Assembly (NCBI GenBank): GCA_043744895.1
Contig: JAYTTT010000112.1
Coordinates: 3,381-67,380 of the forward strand
Length of the DNA: 64,000 bases
Direction: 5' to 3'
Origin: Gemmatimonadota bacterium
GTDB lineage: Bacteria; Gemmatimonadota; Gemmatimonadetes; Gemmatimonadales; GWC2-71-9
Under the pieces are notes generated by a model that had not been told where the DNA came from, did not search any database, and saw only the letters and a list, made by a program, of their open reading frames with translations. Both the position numbers and the translations under genes were made by a program. Below are positions 18,988-28,347 of this stretch, one piece after another. How positions within the stretch are numbered: position 1 is the stretch's first letter; each line of letters opens with the position of its first letter.

Positions 18988-19676
18988 GGCGTCGTCACGT
19001 CCTCGACCACCTTGCCGTCGGCGAGCCGGATCATCCGGCGGGCCTTCCCGGCCAGCTCCCGGTCGTGGGTGACCATGACGAGGGTGGTTCCCAATTCGGT
19101 ATTGAGCCCGATCATCAGGTCGATGATGCTGGATCCGTTCTTGGCGTCGAGGTTGCCGGTCGGCTCGTCGGCAAAGAGGATCTGGGGCCGGGAGGCAAAG
19201 GCCCGGGCCAGCGCCACCCGCTGTTGCTCGCCGCCGGAGAGCTGGGCCGGGTAGTGATGTCCCCGATCGCCGAGCCCGACCCGGCTGAGGAGGTCCTGGG
19301 CCCGTTCTTCGGCCGGTTCATCCCGGAGTTCGAGGGGCACCTGAACGTTCTCGCGGGCCGTCAGGGTGGGGATCAGATGGAACGACTGGAACACGAACCC
19401 GACCTTCTGGGACCGGAGGATGGCGCGCTCGTCCTCGGTCATGGCGCCCAAGTCGTGGCCGTCGAGCCGGATCGTTCCCGACGTCGGGCGGTCCAGGCCG
19501 GCCAAGAGGCCAAGCAGGGTGGTTTTGCCGCTGCCCGAGGGCCCGACGATGGCGAGGAAGCCCCCGCGTTCGAGGGCGAACGTGATATTGTTCAGGACCG
19601 TAAGGTGGCGGCCACCCGACAGATAGGTCTGGGTGAGTCCCTGACACTGCAGCATGGGTTCAATGGAGTTGTTCAT
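18984..19676 (-). CDS. ABC transporter ATP-binding protein (YbbA/LolD-like)
   Basis: GPSGSGKTT, QLSGGEQQRVALARA, FADEPTGNLD, MVTHD. Confidence 0.93.
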   Translation of the reverse strand: MNNSIEPMLQCQGLTQTYLSGGRHLTVLNNITFALERGGFLAIVGPSGSGKTTLLGLLAGLDRPTSGTIRLDGHDLGAMTEDERAILRSQKVGFVFQSFHLIPTLTARENVQVPLELRDEPAEERAQDLLSRVGLGDRGHHYPAQLSGGEQQRVALARAFASRPQILFADEPTGNLDAKNGSSIIDLMIGLNTELGTTLVMVTHDRELAGKARRMIRLADGKVVEDVTTP

Positions 19677-19687
19677 AACGTGGCACA

Positions 19688-20383
19688 ATGATAGTGAGAT
19701 ACCCCCTCGGTTTCATTCTGGCCGCCGGCCTGATCACGGGCTGCGGCGAGCCCCGGCAGAGTTCTTCGCCACCGCCTCCGGCGGGCCAGCCGGCCCCGGT
19801 CGCTCCCGACGCGACCCCCCTCGTGGTGTTCGTGGGGACCAGTCTGACAGCCGGGTACGGGCTGCCTGACCCGCGACTGGCCTATCCGGCACTGATTCAG
19901 CGAAAAATCGACTCGGCCGGCCTCGGCTACCGGACCGTCAACGCCGGGGTCAGCGGCGAGACCTCAGCCGGGGCGCTTCGGCGAATCGGCTGGGTCCTGG
20001 ACCAGGGCAAAATCGCGGTGATCATGGTCGAGACTGGGGCCAACGACGGATTGCGGGGGCAGGACCCGGACTCCACCCGGGCGAACATCCAAGCCATCTT
20101 CGATCGAGCCCGGGCGCTCGAACCGGCCCCCAAGCTGGTCCTGACGGGCATGGAGGCGATGCCCAACTTGGGCCGGGACTACACCACCCGGTTTCGGGCG
20201 ATCTATCCCGAATTGGCGAAGGCCAACGAGGTGGTGCTGATCCCGTTCCTGCTCGCCGGGGTGGCGGGCGTCGATTCCTTGAACCAGGCCGACGGGATTC
20301 ATCCCACGGCCCGGGGTCAGGAACTGGTCGCGGCAACGGTCTGGAAGGCGATCCGGCCGTTGCTTATCTCGCGGTCACGATGA
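19688..20383 (+). CDS. tesA: Arylesterase/acyl-CoA thioesterase I (SGNH family), lipoprotein
   Basis: GTSLTAGYG, NAGVSGETSAG, GANDGLRG, QADGIHPT; divergent from ybbAP-like genes as in E. coli. Confidence 0.85.
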   Translation: MIVRYPLGFILAAGLITGCGEPRQSSSPPPPAGQPAPVAPDATPLVVFVGTSLTAGYGLPDPRLAYPALIQRKIDSAGLGYRTVNAGVSGETSAGALRRIGWVLDQGKIAVIMVETGANDGLRGQDPDSTRANIQAIFDRARALEPAPKLVLTGMEAMPNLGRDYTTRFRAIYPELAKANEVVLIPFLLAGVAGVDSLNQADGIHPTARGQELVAATVWKAIRPLLISRSR

Positions 20384-22511
20384 ACGTGAGCGGGGCGAGC
20401 GTGCCGGCAGTGGCCCGGAACCGCTGGGGGCCTGGGGTCGGGCCGAGCCGGACGGTCGTGGCCGCCACCCCGAACTGATCGCTCACGGACGGGGCCGCGG
20501 TCGAGCCGCCGTCCAAGGCCGCCCAGCCGACCGACACCCCGGGCACCGGATTGTTGTTTCCGTCCACCAGCAGAACCCGGAGCGACAGTGGGGGCACCGT
20601 GCCGGCCACGGCCGATTGGTTGTCGCCCGCGGCCGCCACCAGCTGGGTTGGTTGACTGGGCCCGATCAGGAACGAGAAATTCGCCACTAACCCCGACACT
20701 GGATCGCGGGCCTGGATCCGGGCCGTACCGGCCTTGGTGCCCGCCGTATAGAACACCCCGGCAGACCCGCTGGTATCGGTGACCGACGACGTCGCCGACA
20801 CGCTGCCGCCGCCTTCGAGGATTTGCCAGGTCACGGTCGCGCCGGGAACGCTCGTGCCAAGATCCGAGAGGCGGGCGACGGCCGGACTCGCCAGCGTTTG
20901 GGTCACGATGCCGGTCTGCCCACCACCGCTCTTGGGCACGAATCCGGTCGGATTCTGGCGCGTGGGCAACGAGAAGGTGACGCTCTGGCCACCCGGAATA
21001 GTCGCCTGGACGGCGACGTCGTTCTGGTTGTTCGGGGTATAGCCGACCGCCGCCAATCCATCGGTGCCTGAGGTCGTGGCGGGGGCGCTGAGGGTGCCGG
21101 TGCCGACGGTAATTGCCCAGGTCACGTTGATGCTGGGGACGGGGTTCCCGAATGCGTCGCTCAGGCGGACCGTGAGGGTGGCTGCGAAAAACGGCGGGAG
21201 GCCGTTGCCGTTGAAGATTTGAAGCGAGGTCGTCGGACCGGCGGTCCCGAACGAAGCGAACGTGACCGTCGGCGGGCTCGTGGGCCCGGCGATTGTGGCG
21301 CGAATCAGGCTCACGCCCTGCAGGGTTCCCGTCGTGGTCGTGATCGTGGCAATGCCTTGGGCGTCGCTCGACGAACTGTTCGCGGCCACCTGGCCCCCGC
21401 CCGCCACGACCGACCAACTGACTTTTTCTCCACTGACCGGGAAGCCGTTGCTGTCGGTGACCAGTACCCCCAGCGGCTGGGCCTGCGGAGTATTGACCCG
21501 GGCCACCTGGGCTCCGCCGCTTTGATAGAGTACCCGGGCCGCCGGGCCGGCCGTCGCGATGGCGGTGAGAGCGACCGCGGGGATACCGGTCACCGTCGCG
21601 TCGTAGGAAAAGACCCCAACCGACCCGCCTAACAGCATCGTCGTCGCGGCCTGGCCTTGGCTGTTGGTGAGCACGGTCGTGTCCCGTACGGACCCGCCGG
21701 ACGTCAGGGGGCGGAACCGTACCGCCACGCCGGCCATCGGGAGCGAATCGGCGGCTTTGACCACCACGGCGAACGGGACCGGGAGCGCGGCCAAGGGCCG
21801 GCCGGTTTGCCCGGCGCCGCTGACCAGGCCAATCGCCACCGGCTTGGGGACGAAGGTCAGGGCGACCGTGTCGACCACCCCGGTCGGAATGATGGCGGCC
21901 ACTCGGATCGTGACCCGCCGGGGCGGGGCAACGATGACGCCGGCTTGGCTGATCGGGACTTGGGCATCGGTCGTCGACCACGTGACCGGGAAGTTGGTGA
22001 CCGGGGCGCCCTGCGCATCGGACCCCGTGATCCGAAAGGTCAGCGGGTCGCCGAAGGCCAGGGTTGAATCGCGGGGACCAATCCGCAGGGTCCGGATGTT
22101 CGCCCCCGGTCCGACGTACCTGAGCACGAGTCTCGGCGTGGCGGCCGGTCCGGTGCCCAAGGCCACGACCACCACGGTGTCGGTTCCCGAGAAGTAGACC
22201 TGACCGCCGCTCAGGAGGTCGACCGTGACGCCAAGGCGCTCGGAACGGGCCGCGAGGGCCACCTGAAGCCGGAGACTCAGTTGCGAGGCGTCGGTCGGAA
22301 AGGTGACCGTGGTATCGAGGACCCGTTCGGCCGACACCCGGCCGATCCGGATCTTCGCCTGGTCGATCCGGGGTACCGGGGCTGCGGTCTGAATGGTCGG
22401 GGCCAGCACGAGGTCGGCCATAAACTGGGCCGGTTGCTCGAGGGGCTCGGCGCAACCGGCCGCCAGGGCCGCGAGGATTGCGGCCAGACCGTTCCGATAA
22501 CTGTTAGGCAT
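20364..22511 (-). CDS. Ig-like (Big_1-type) repeat lipoprotein
   Basis: Lipobox LAAGC; repeated units G..Q.G..., V.V.D..GNPVPGV.V.W...GGG.....S.TD..G.A. Confidence 0.75.
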   Translation of the reverse strand: MPNSYRNGLAAILAALAAGCAEPLEQPAQFMADLVLAPTIQTAAPVPRIDQAKIRIGRVSAERVLDTTVTFPTDASQLSLRLQVALAARSERLGVTVDLLSGGQVYFSGTDTVVVVALGTGPAATPRLVLRYVGPGANIRTLRIGPRDSTLAFGDPLTFRITGSDAQGAPVTNFPVTWSTTDAQVPISQAGVIVAPPRRVTIRVAAIIPTGVVDTVALTFVPKPVAIGLVSGAGQTGRPLAALPVPFAVVVKAADSLPMAGVAVRFRPLTSGGSVRDTTVLTNSQGQAATTMLLGGSVGVFSYDATVTGIPAVALTAIATAGPAARVLYQSGGAQVARVNTPQAQPLGVLVTDSNGFPVSGEKVSWSVVAGGGQVAANSSSSDAQGIATITTTTGTLQGVSLIRATIAGPTSPPTVTFASFGTAGPTTSLQIFNGNGLPPFFAATLTVRLSDAFGNPVPSINVTWAITVGTGTLSAPATTSGTDGLAAVGYTPNNQNDVAVQATIPGGQSVTFSLPTRQNPTGFVPKSGGGQTGIVTQTLASPAVARLSDLGTSVPGATVTWQILEGGGSVSATSSVTDTSGSAGVFYTAGTKAGTARIQARDPVSGLVANFSFLIGPSQPTQLVAAAGDNQSAVAGTVPPLSLRVLLVDGNNNPVPGVSVGWAALDGGSTAAPSVSDQFGVAATTVRLGPTPGPQRFRATAGTLAPLTFIVTAR

Positions 22512-23982
22512 CGATGAGTGACTGGACTGCCCGGGCCAGTTGGTCCGGGCTAAATGGTTTGGTGAGATGGGCGGCCCGGGGCGCGAGGGTGTCGCCCCGG
22601 GTCGGGGTGCCGGAAATGAAGAGGATCTTGAGGTGGGGCCAATCGGCGATCAGCTCTTCGGCCAACCCGGTTCCGCGCTGCCCCGGCAGGATGATGTCGG
22701 TGACCAGGACCGAGATTTCGCCGCCCCGTTCCGCCGCGACCGTGGTGGCCTCCGCGGCGCTGGCGGCCGCCACGACCCGATAGCCGAAAAATTCGAGGCC
22801 TCGGCGTGCGACCTCGAGGACTCCGGGCTCGTCGTCCACCAGGAGGATCGTTTCCGATCCCCGGCGCGGGGAGGCGGTGTGGGGCGCGTCCGGGTCGGCC
22901 GGTGGGACGGTTTCCGGCAGGGCCTGGAAATGGACCTCGACCGAGGTGCCGCTGTTCGGTTGGCTCCGGACCCAGAGCAGCCCACCGGTTTCCCGAACGA
23001 TCTGTTGGACCGTGCTGAGGCCCAAGCCCCGGGCGCCCGGCGTTTCCTTGGTGGTAAAGAACGGCTGGAACAACTTGGCTTTGGTTTCGGCATCCATGCC
23101 GACGCCGGTATCGCTGACCGTCAGAACCACGAATTCGCCTAACCGCTCGTCGAGGCCGCCGTGGTGGAGCCGTTCATCAGGCCGCACCGGGTGGGTGCTG
23201 ATGGTCAGGGTGCCCCCGGTCGGCATCGCATCGCGGGCGTTGACCACCAGGTTGATCAGAATGTGCTGCAACTCAACCCGGTCGGCATAGGCGGGCGACA
23301 GACCCTCCGATAATTCGAGGGTGAGGATCACCTCGGGCCCGAGCAGCGCTTCGAGCAGTCCGTGCCACTGGGTGATGACCGCGTTCAAGTCGAGCGGCCC
23401 CCGGGTGGTCGGCCGCCGCCGGGAGAATTCGAGCAACTCCTGGAACAGCGAGCTGGCCCGCCGGGCGGCTCGCTCGAGGGTGGGCATGTCGGTCGGCTGG
23501 GTGCTGCCCAAGCTCGTGAAACCCGCAATGACCTGGACCGCGTTGTTCAACTCGTGGGCGATGCCGTCGGCCAGTTGGGTCACCGCATCGAGCCGCTGGG
23601 ACTGCCACAGTTGATGCTCGAGCCGTTTCCGGTGCCGGAGATCGATGGCCGAGACCGCGTAGAGCGTCTCGGCGTCGGTCCGAACCGGAATGACCGACAA
23701 ATCGATGGGCACGGTCCCGCCACTCACGGTGTGACACGAGGCTTCGCCCCGGAACGGTTGGTCCTGCTTGAGGGCGTTCCGGAGGCGTTCGACAACCAGC
23801 GGTTCATCCAAGATCGTGACCAGCTGATCGATCCCCTTGCCTTCGAGGTCCGAGAGTGGAACCCCCACCAGGTTGGCGAAGGCCTGGTTGGCAAACCGGA
23901 CCCGGTCTCGGTCGGTAACGAGAAGGGGCTCGGTCGCGTGTTGAGCGGCCAACTGGGATGAAAGGTCCGCCGGAGCGGTCAT
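22504..23982 (-). CDS. PAS-domain hybrid sensor histidine kinase/response regulator
   Basis: PAS (FANQAF), H-box GIAHELNN, N-box NLVVNARDAM, DTGVGM, FFTTK..GLGL, REC ILLVDDE...VTDIILP...ISG...KPF. Confidence 0.9.
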   Translation of the reverse strand: MTAPADLSSQLAAQHATEPLLVTDRDRVRFANQAFANLVGVPLSDLEGKGIDQLVTILDEPLVVERLRNALKQDQPFRGEASCHTVSGGTVPIDLSVIPVRTDAETLYAVSAIDLRHRKRLEHQLWQSQRLDAVTQLADGIAHELNNAVQVIAGFTSLGSTQPTDMPTLERAARRASSLFQELLEFSRRRPTTRGPLDLNAVITQWHGLLEALLGPEVILTLELSEGLSPAYADRVELQHILINLVVNARDAMPTGGTLTISTHPVRPDERLHHGGLDERLGEFVVLTVSDTGVGMDAETKAKLFQPFFTTKETPGARGLGLSTVQQIVRETGGLLWVRSQPNSGTSVEVHFQALPETVPPADPDAPHTASPRRGSETILLVDDEPGVLEVARRGLEFFGYRVVAAASAAEATTVAAERGGEISVLVTDIILPGQRGTGLAEELIADWPHLKILFISGTPTRGDTLAPRAAHLTKPFSPDQLARAVQSLIDA

Positions 23983-24066
23983 CGGCACGGTTTCTCGGGA
24001 GTTCTGAAGGATAGAGGCGCTCCCACCGGTTGACCAGCGTCTCGGGCTCTCCCTACTCTTCACCCC

Positions 24067-25116
24067 ATGGCCATTTTTGATTCTCGGCACCAGCGGGCCG
24101 CCATGGTCCTTGGGCTGCTCACGGTCGGCCTGGCGATTGCCTTGGCCCCCTACGCCACCGGGCTAATCGCCGTGCCGGTGCTCTACGTCATTCTGGAACC
24201 GGTGCACAGCTGGCTGACCAAATGGCTCAGCCCGGCCAAGGCCGCGGGGCTGGTCATTCTCCTCACCATCCTGCTGATCGTGATTCCGGGGGTATCGCTG
24301 CTCAGTTTGATCATTGGGCAAGCTCAAGAAATGGGCGGGAAGGTGATGGCCGGTCCAATCCTGGAGCGGATCCGCCTGCTCCAAATCGGTCCCTTCGATG
24401 TTGGCGCCGAGCTCGTCAGGCTGGGCCAGACGGTCGTCGGCTGGCTTGGAAGTAACGCCCTATCCCTGCTCGGCACGGTGACTCGCCTGGCGCTCAATAT
24501 CCTCCTGGCCCTGTTCGGGCTCTACTATCTGCTGCTCCGGCCGGACGCGGTCTGGCAGGCGGTGCGGCCCTACATTCCATTTTCTCCGGCCAACACTGAC
24601 CGGCTCCGGGAGCGATTTCGGGCGGTGGCGGTCTCGACCGTCATCGGCACCGGCGTGACCGCCAGCGCCCAAGGCGTAGCGGTGGCCCTCGGCTTCCTGT
24701 TCACCGGCTTGCCCGATGCGGTGTTCTGGGGCGTGGTGACGGTCGTGTTCGCCATCCTGCCCGTGGTCGGGAGCGGGATGATCTGGGGCCCCGGGGTTGT
24801 CGTGCTGATGTTCGACGGCCGATTTGGCGCGGCCGGTTTTCTGGCCATCTGGAGCATGGCGACCACTGGGGTCATCGACTACATCTTCCGGCCGCTCGTC
24901 TTCAATCGCTTTGCGCAGGTGCATCCGCTGATTACCCTCGTGGGCGCGGTCGCGGGGGTGAGCTATTTCGGGCTCCTCGGCCTTCTGGTCGGGCCGCTGG
25001 CCTTGTCGTATTTCTTCGAAATCTTGGCGATGTACCGGGACGAATTCGTGAGGGCCGGATCCCAGAGCGGCTTCACCGAGGAAATCCCGGTGGCACCGCC
25101 TCCGCCAGCCCAGTGA
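24067..25116 (+). CDS. AI-2E family transporter
   Basis: Multi-TM; AQGVAV..GF, FAILPVVGS..IWGP, DYIFRP, HPLITLVGAVAGVSYFGLLGLLVGP. Confidence 0.88.
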   Translation: MAIFDSRHQRAAMVLGLLTVGLAIALAPYATGLIAVPVLYVILEPVHSWLTKWLSPAKAAGLVILLTILLIVIPGVSLLSLIIGQAQEMGGKVMAGPILERIRLLQIGPFDVGAELVRLGQTVVGWLGSNALSLLGTVTRLALNILLALFGLYYLLLRPDAVWQAVRPYIPFSPANTDRLRERFRAVAVSTVIGTGVTASAQGVAVALGFLFTGLPDAVFWGVVTVVFAILPVVGSGMIWGPGVVVLMFDGRFGAAGFLAIWSMATTGVIDYIFRPLVFNRFAQVHPLITLVGAVAGVSYFGLLGLLVGPLALSYFFEILAMYRDEFVRAGSQSGFTEEIPVAPPPPAQ

Positions 25117-26096
25117 AGTCCGCCCCGAACCGAACCCTCGTGTTCTGGGCCTTCGCGGCCATTTATTTCATCTGGGGGTCGACCTACCTCGGGATTCAGA
25201 TCGCGATCGAGACCATGCCGCCCTTCCTGCTGGCGGCCGTCCGGTTTCTCCTGGCCGGGGCGATCTTGGTGGCCTGGGCCCGATGGCAGGGCGAGTCGTT
25301 GCCGGGCCGCTCCGCCTGGATGACCGCCGCCCTCTTGGGCACCCTCTTCTTCGTGTTCGGCAACGGCTTGGTGGTCTGGGCCGAGCAGCACGTGCCGTCG
25401 GGACGAACGGCGCTGCTGGCCTCGACCTCGCCGGTCTGGATCGTCATCCTGGAAAGCGGGCTCGATCGCTGGCGCCGCCCGCCGGTCCGCGTCCTGGCGG
25501 GCATTGGGCTCGGGATGATTGGCCTGATCCTGCTGGCGTCGCCCAATCTGGGCGAAACGAGCGGCGCCGTCTCGCTGGGGGGAATTCTCGCCCTGTTAGG
25601 CGCTTCGTTGGCCTGGGCCGTCGGGTCGGTGCTTGCCCATCGGCATCACCTTCCGGCCAGCCCGGCGATGGCCACCGGCATGAAGATGCTGGGCGGTGGA
25701 GCGCAGCTCGTGGTGGTGGCCCTGGTGGCGGGCGAAACTCGGGGGTTCTCGGCTCGCCAGGTGTCGCCGGGGTCGTGGGTCGCGTTCGTCTATCTGGTGA
25801 TCTTCGGCAGCATCATTGGTTTTACCGCCTTTGCCTACTTGCTCCGAGTCACCACGCCGCAGATGGTGGGGACCTCCGCGTATGTCAATCCGCTGGTGGC
25901 GGTGTTCTTGGGCTGGAGTTTGGCCCATGAGGTGGTCACGGCGAAGATGCTGCTGGGGGCGGCGATCAGCCTGGGAGCTGTGGTCCTGATCCGGATTCCG
26001 GTCCGCCATATTCCTGAGCCGGTTGAAGAGGAGGTCGGCACCATCGAGACCGGAGAGTTCCCCGTCCCGAGGCGCGGCGACGAAGGGCTTGGCTGA
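25113..26096 (+). CDS. EamA/DMT transporter (YedA-like)
   Basis: IYFIWGSTYLGI, PPFLLAAVRF, GNGLVVWAEQHVPSG, GSIIGFTAF, AYVNPLVAVFLG. Confidence 0.9.
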   Translation: MKSAPNRTLVFWAFAAIYFIWGSTYLGIQIAIETMPPFLLAAVRFLLAGAILVAWARWQGESLPGRSAWMTAALLGTLFFVFGNGLVVWAEQHVPSGRTALLASTSPVWIVILESGLDRWRRPPVRVLAGIGLGMIGLILLASPNLGETSGAVSLGGILALLGASLAWAVGSVLAHRHHLPASPAMATGMKMLGGGAQLVVVALVAGETRGFSARQVSPGSWVAFVYLVIFGSIIGFTAFAYLLRVTTPQMVGTSAYVNPLVAVFLGWSLAHEVVTAKMLLGAAISLGAVVLIRIPVRHIPEPVEEEVGTIETGEFPVPRRGDEGLG

Positions 26097-26458
26097 ACGC
26101 CGCCACTGAGGTCTCCGCGAGCGAGCGCTCGAGGGCGCCCGCCGCTTGCGCCAGGAGCGGCGCCGGCTCGGGGGCGATGAGGCCGAGGAGCGGATCGGGG
26201 TCGTCGGTGTCCGTGTCGCCAAACGGGCCGATCGGCCAGGGTGATCTCGGTCGGTGGACGGGTGAGCTTCGCGCCGCCGCCGGGGCCGGATCGGGTGGTG
26301 ATCAGTCCGGCATCGATCAAGGGGCGGAGGGATCGGCGGAGGACCGAGGGCGCGAGCCCAACCCTGGTCGCCAGCAGATAGGAGTCGATGGCCGCGCCCC
26401 GCGCTTCAGTCAGGATCGTGGCCACTTGAATGGCGGTGAGGAAGCGACGGCTCGGCAT
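26075..26458 (-). pseudogene. Rrf2-family regulator, frameshifted at ~26230 (3' end approximate)
   Basis: MPSRRFLTAIQ...LA..V...PSVLRR.L..L..AGLITTRSGPGGGAKLTRPPTEITLAD; an Rrf2-like C-terminal helix LLAQAAGALERSLAETSVA lies in another frame. Confidence 0.65.
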
Positions 26459-26616
26459 GCCGGGCCATGTTAGTTGGTTGCGGATCGATCCGCGGCGCAA
26501 GAAACCGCGAGCACCGGCGAGCGCGAGGCATCAATGGGTTAGCGGGTGAATCCGCGACAGTGACTGTAGCGGATTTGAGGCCTAGAGTCTCATCCACCCC
26601 TGGAGGCCCGAAACGC

Positions 26617-26647
26617 AGAAGGCCGCCCTCATCGAGGACGGCCTTCT
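26617..26647 (-). terminator. Hairpin terminator downstream of the OmpA-family gene
   Basis: AGAAGGCCGCCCTC-ATC-GAGGACGGCCTTCT inverted repeat 25 nt after the stop. Confidence 0.65.
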
Positions 26648-26672
26648 TGCTACCAGGACGTGCGTGAACGGA

Positions 26673-28238
26673 TTACTCTCCCGGCCGGCCGATCTTACTG
26701 GCGCCCTTCGGGCCCGTCTCCGCGCAGGAACCGGCCGGTTCCGGCGACGACGTCTCGATCTGATTCAGTTCGACCCGGCGGTTCTGCGTCATGCCGTCCG
26801 CGGTGCTGTTGTCGGCGCTCGGCTTGCACTCGCCGAAAGCCCGGACCGTGGTGCGGCCCTTGTCGACCCCGCGTTTCACCAACTCGCGCTGGATGAAGTC
26901 AGCCCGTTTCTGCGAGAGCCACCCGTTGTACTTGACGCTGTTCCGCCAGTCGGTGTGGCCGTCGATGTACACCCGGATCGACTGATCGGTCTTCATGTTC
27001 TCGGCCACCTGATCGAGTGACATCCGGTCAACGCCCGCGGCCTCGTCGTACTTGTTGGTACCAAACATGGCCCGGAGCACGACGGACAGCCCGCGCACCG
27101 AGGCGGCGGCCCGATCCGACGAGCCGGAGCAGGTCGCGGTCACGCCGTAATCGCCGCTCCGGCTCCAGCTGTACGTCCACGCCGACGCCGTCGGGCTGCC
27201 CTCAGCAGCCACGGTGCACTCATCGGCCCGCATCCGTCGGCTGTTACCGTCCGACCAATATCCAGTGACCGTGTAGGTGGCCGATTCCCCGAGCTTCAGG
27301 TTTGACGTCTTCGGGCCGATCTCGATCCGCGACAACCGCGCCGGGGGCGGGGGCGGGGGCGGGGCCGTGACCGTGACGGTCGAGGTGTCCGCATACTTGC
27401 CGTTCAACGTCGAGGCGATGACCCGGTAGGTCCCAGCGGTCTTCGAGCTGAATCCGCCGTTTGGACCGATCGTGCCGCTCGGCATCACCGCGTAGGTAAC
27501 CTGCGGCGTCGTCGAGGATCCATCGCAGAGCCGGCCGGAGACATTGAAATTGACCGACTGGCCGGTCTGGACGCTGGCCGTGTTGGGAGTCAGGTCGATG
27601 CCTTCGAGCCGCTTGGTGCACTTCGAATTCGGGAAGATCGACAATCCGAGCTGGGCGCCCAAGTGGGTGTTCTTGGTCGGATCGCCGACCGAAGCCACTG
27701 GTTTGAGGGCCTGGACTTCGTTGCTCCCGTTGGCGGGGCTCGGAATGAAATCGAGGGTGCCGTCGCCGCGGAGCGAGAGCCAACTGTTAACCTTGTAACG
27801 GAGGCCAACCAAGCCACCGACCCCGAAGTCATTCCCGAAAATCGTCTTGACGGCGGCGTTGTTGGACTTGCCGAAATGATTGAGGACCGGGCCGGCGCCA
27901 ATCAGGAAGGCCGCCTTGGTGCCTAACGGGGCGTGATAAAGACCCCGGAGGTGGACCGGCCAATAGCGGATCGGTGAACTGAACTGGCCCGTGAAGTAGT
28001 TCTTGAGATCGGTGGCGTTGAAGGACGCGTCCGCTTCGAGCGAGAACTTCGGCGACAGAAAGTAGCCGACCCGGCCGCCGGCGCCGAAACTGTTCTGACT
28101 CTTGTTCGAGGTGCTGAAGCTGCCGTCGTATTTGGTGTATCGGCCGAAGCCGCCAATTTCAACGGTGCCCTTCTCCTGCGCCAGGGTCGGGAGGGCGTGC
28201 ACCGCCAAGGCTCCCACCACGAGGAGGACTCTACGCAT
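26673..28238 (-). CDS. OmpA-family outer membrane protein (beta-barrel, Ig-like domains, OmpA C-terminal domain)
   Basis: Signal peptide; alternating beta strands; poly-Pro linker; IDGHTD...N..LSQKRA...FGE.KP.ADNST.DG..QNRRVE. Confidence 0.88.
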   Translation of the reverse strand: MRRVLLVVGALAVHALPTLAQEKGTVEIGGFGRYTKYDGSFSTSNKSQNSFGAGGRVGYFLSPKFSLEADASFNATDLKNYFTGQFSSPIRYWPVHLRGLYHAPLGTKAAFLIGAGPVLNHFGKSNNAAVKTIFGNDFGVGGLVGLRYKVNSWLSLRGDGTLDFIPSPANGSNEVQALKPVASVGDPTKNTHLGAQLGLSIFPNSKCTKRLEGIDLTPNTASVQTGQSVNFNVSGRLCDGSSTTPQVTYAVMPSGTIGPNGGFSSKTAGTYRVIASTLNGKYADTSTVTVTAPPPPPPPARLSRIEIGPKTSNLKLGESATYTVTGYWSDGNSRRMRADECTVAAEGSPTASAWTYSWSRSGDYGVTATCSGSSDRAAASVRGLSVVLRAMFGTNKYDEAAGVDRMSLDQVAENMKTDQSIRVYIDGHTDWRNSVKYNGWLSQKRADFIQRELVKRGVDKGRTTVRAFGECKPSADNSTADGMTQNRRVELNQIETSSPEPAGSCAETGPKGASKIGRPGE

Positions 28239-28347
28239 CGGATTCACTCCCTCAAAGGTTTTCGTTCGTCGCTGCATCTTAAACACTTGCAGCGCCACAA
28301 TATAGATACGTTGCCACCGCCAGGATAGTCCCGTAGTTTATTTCATC

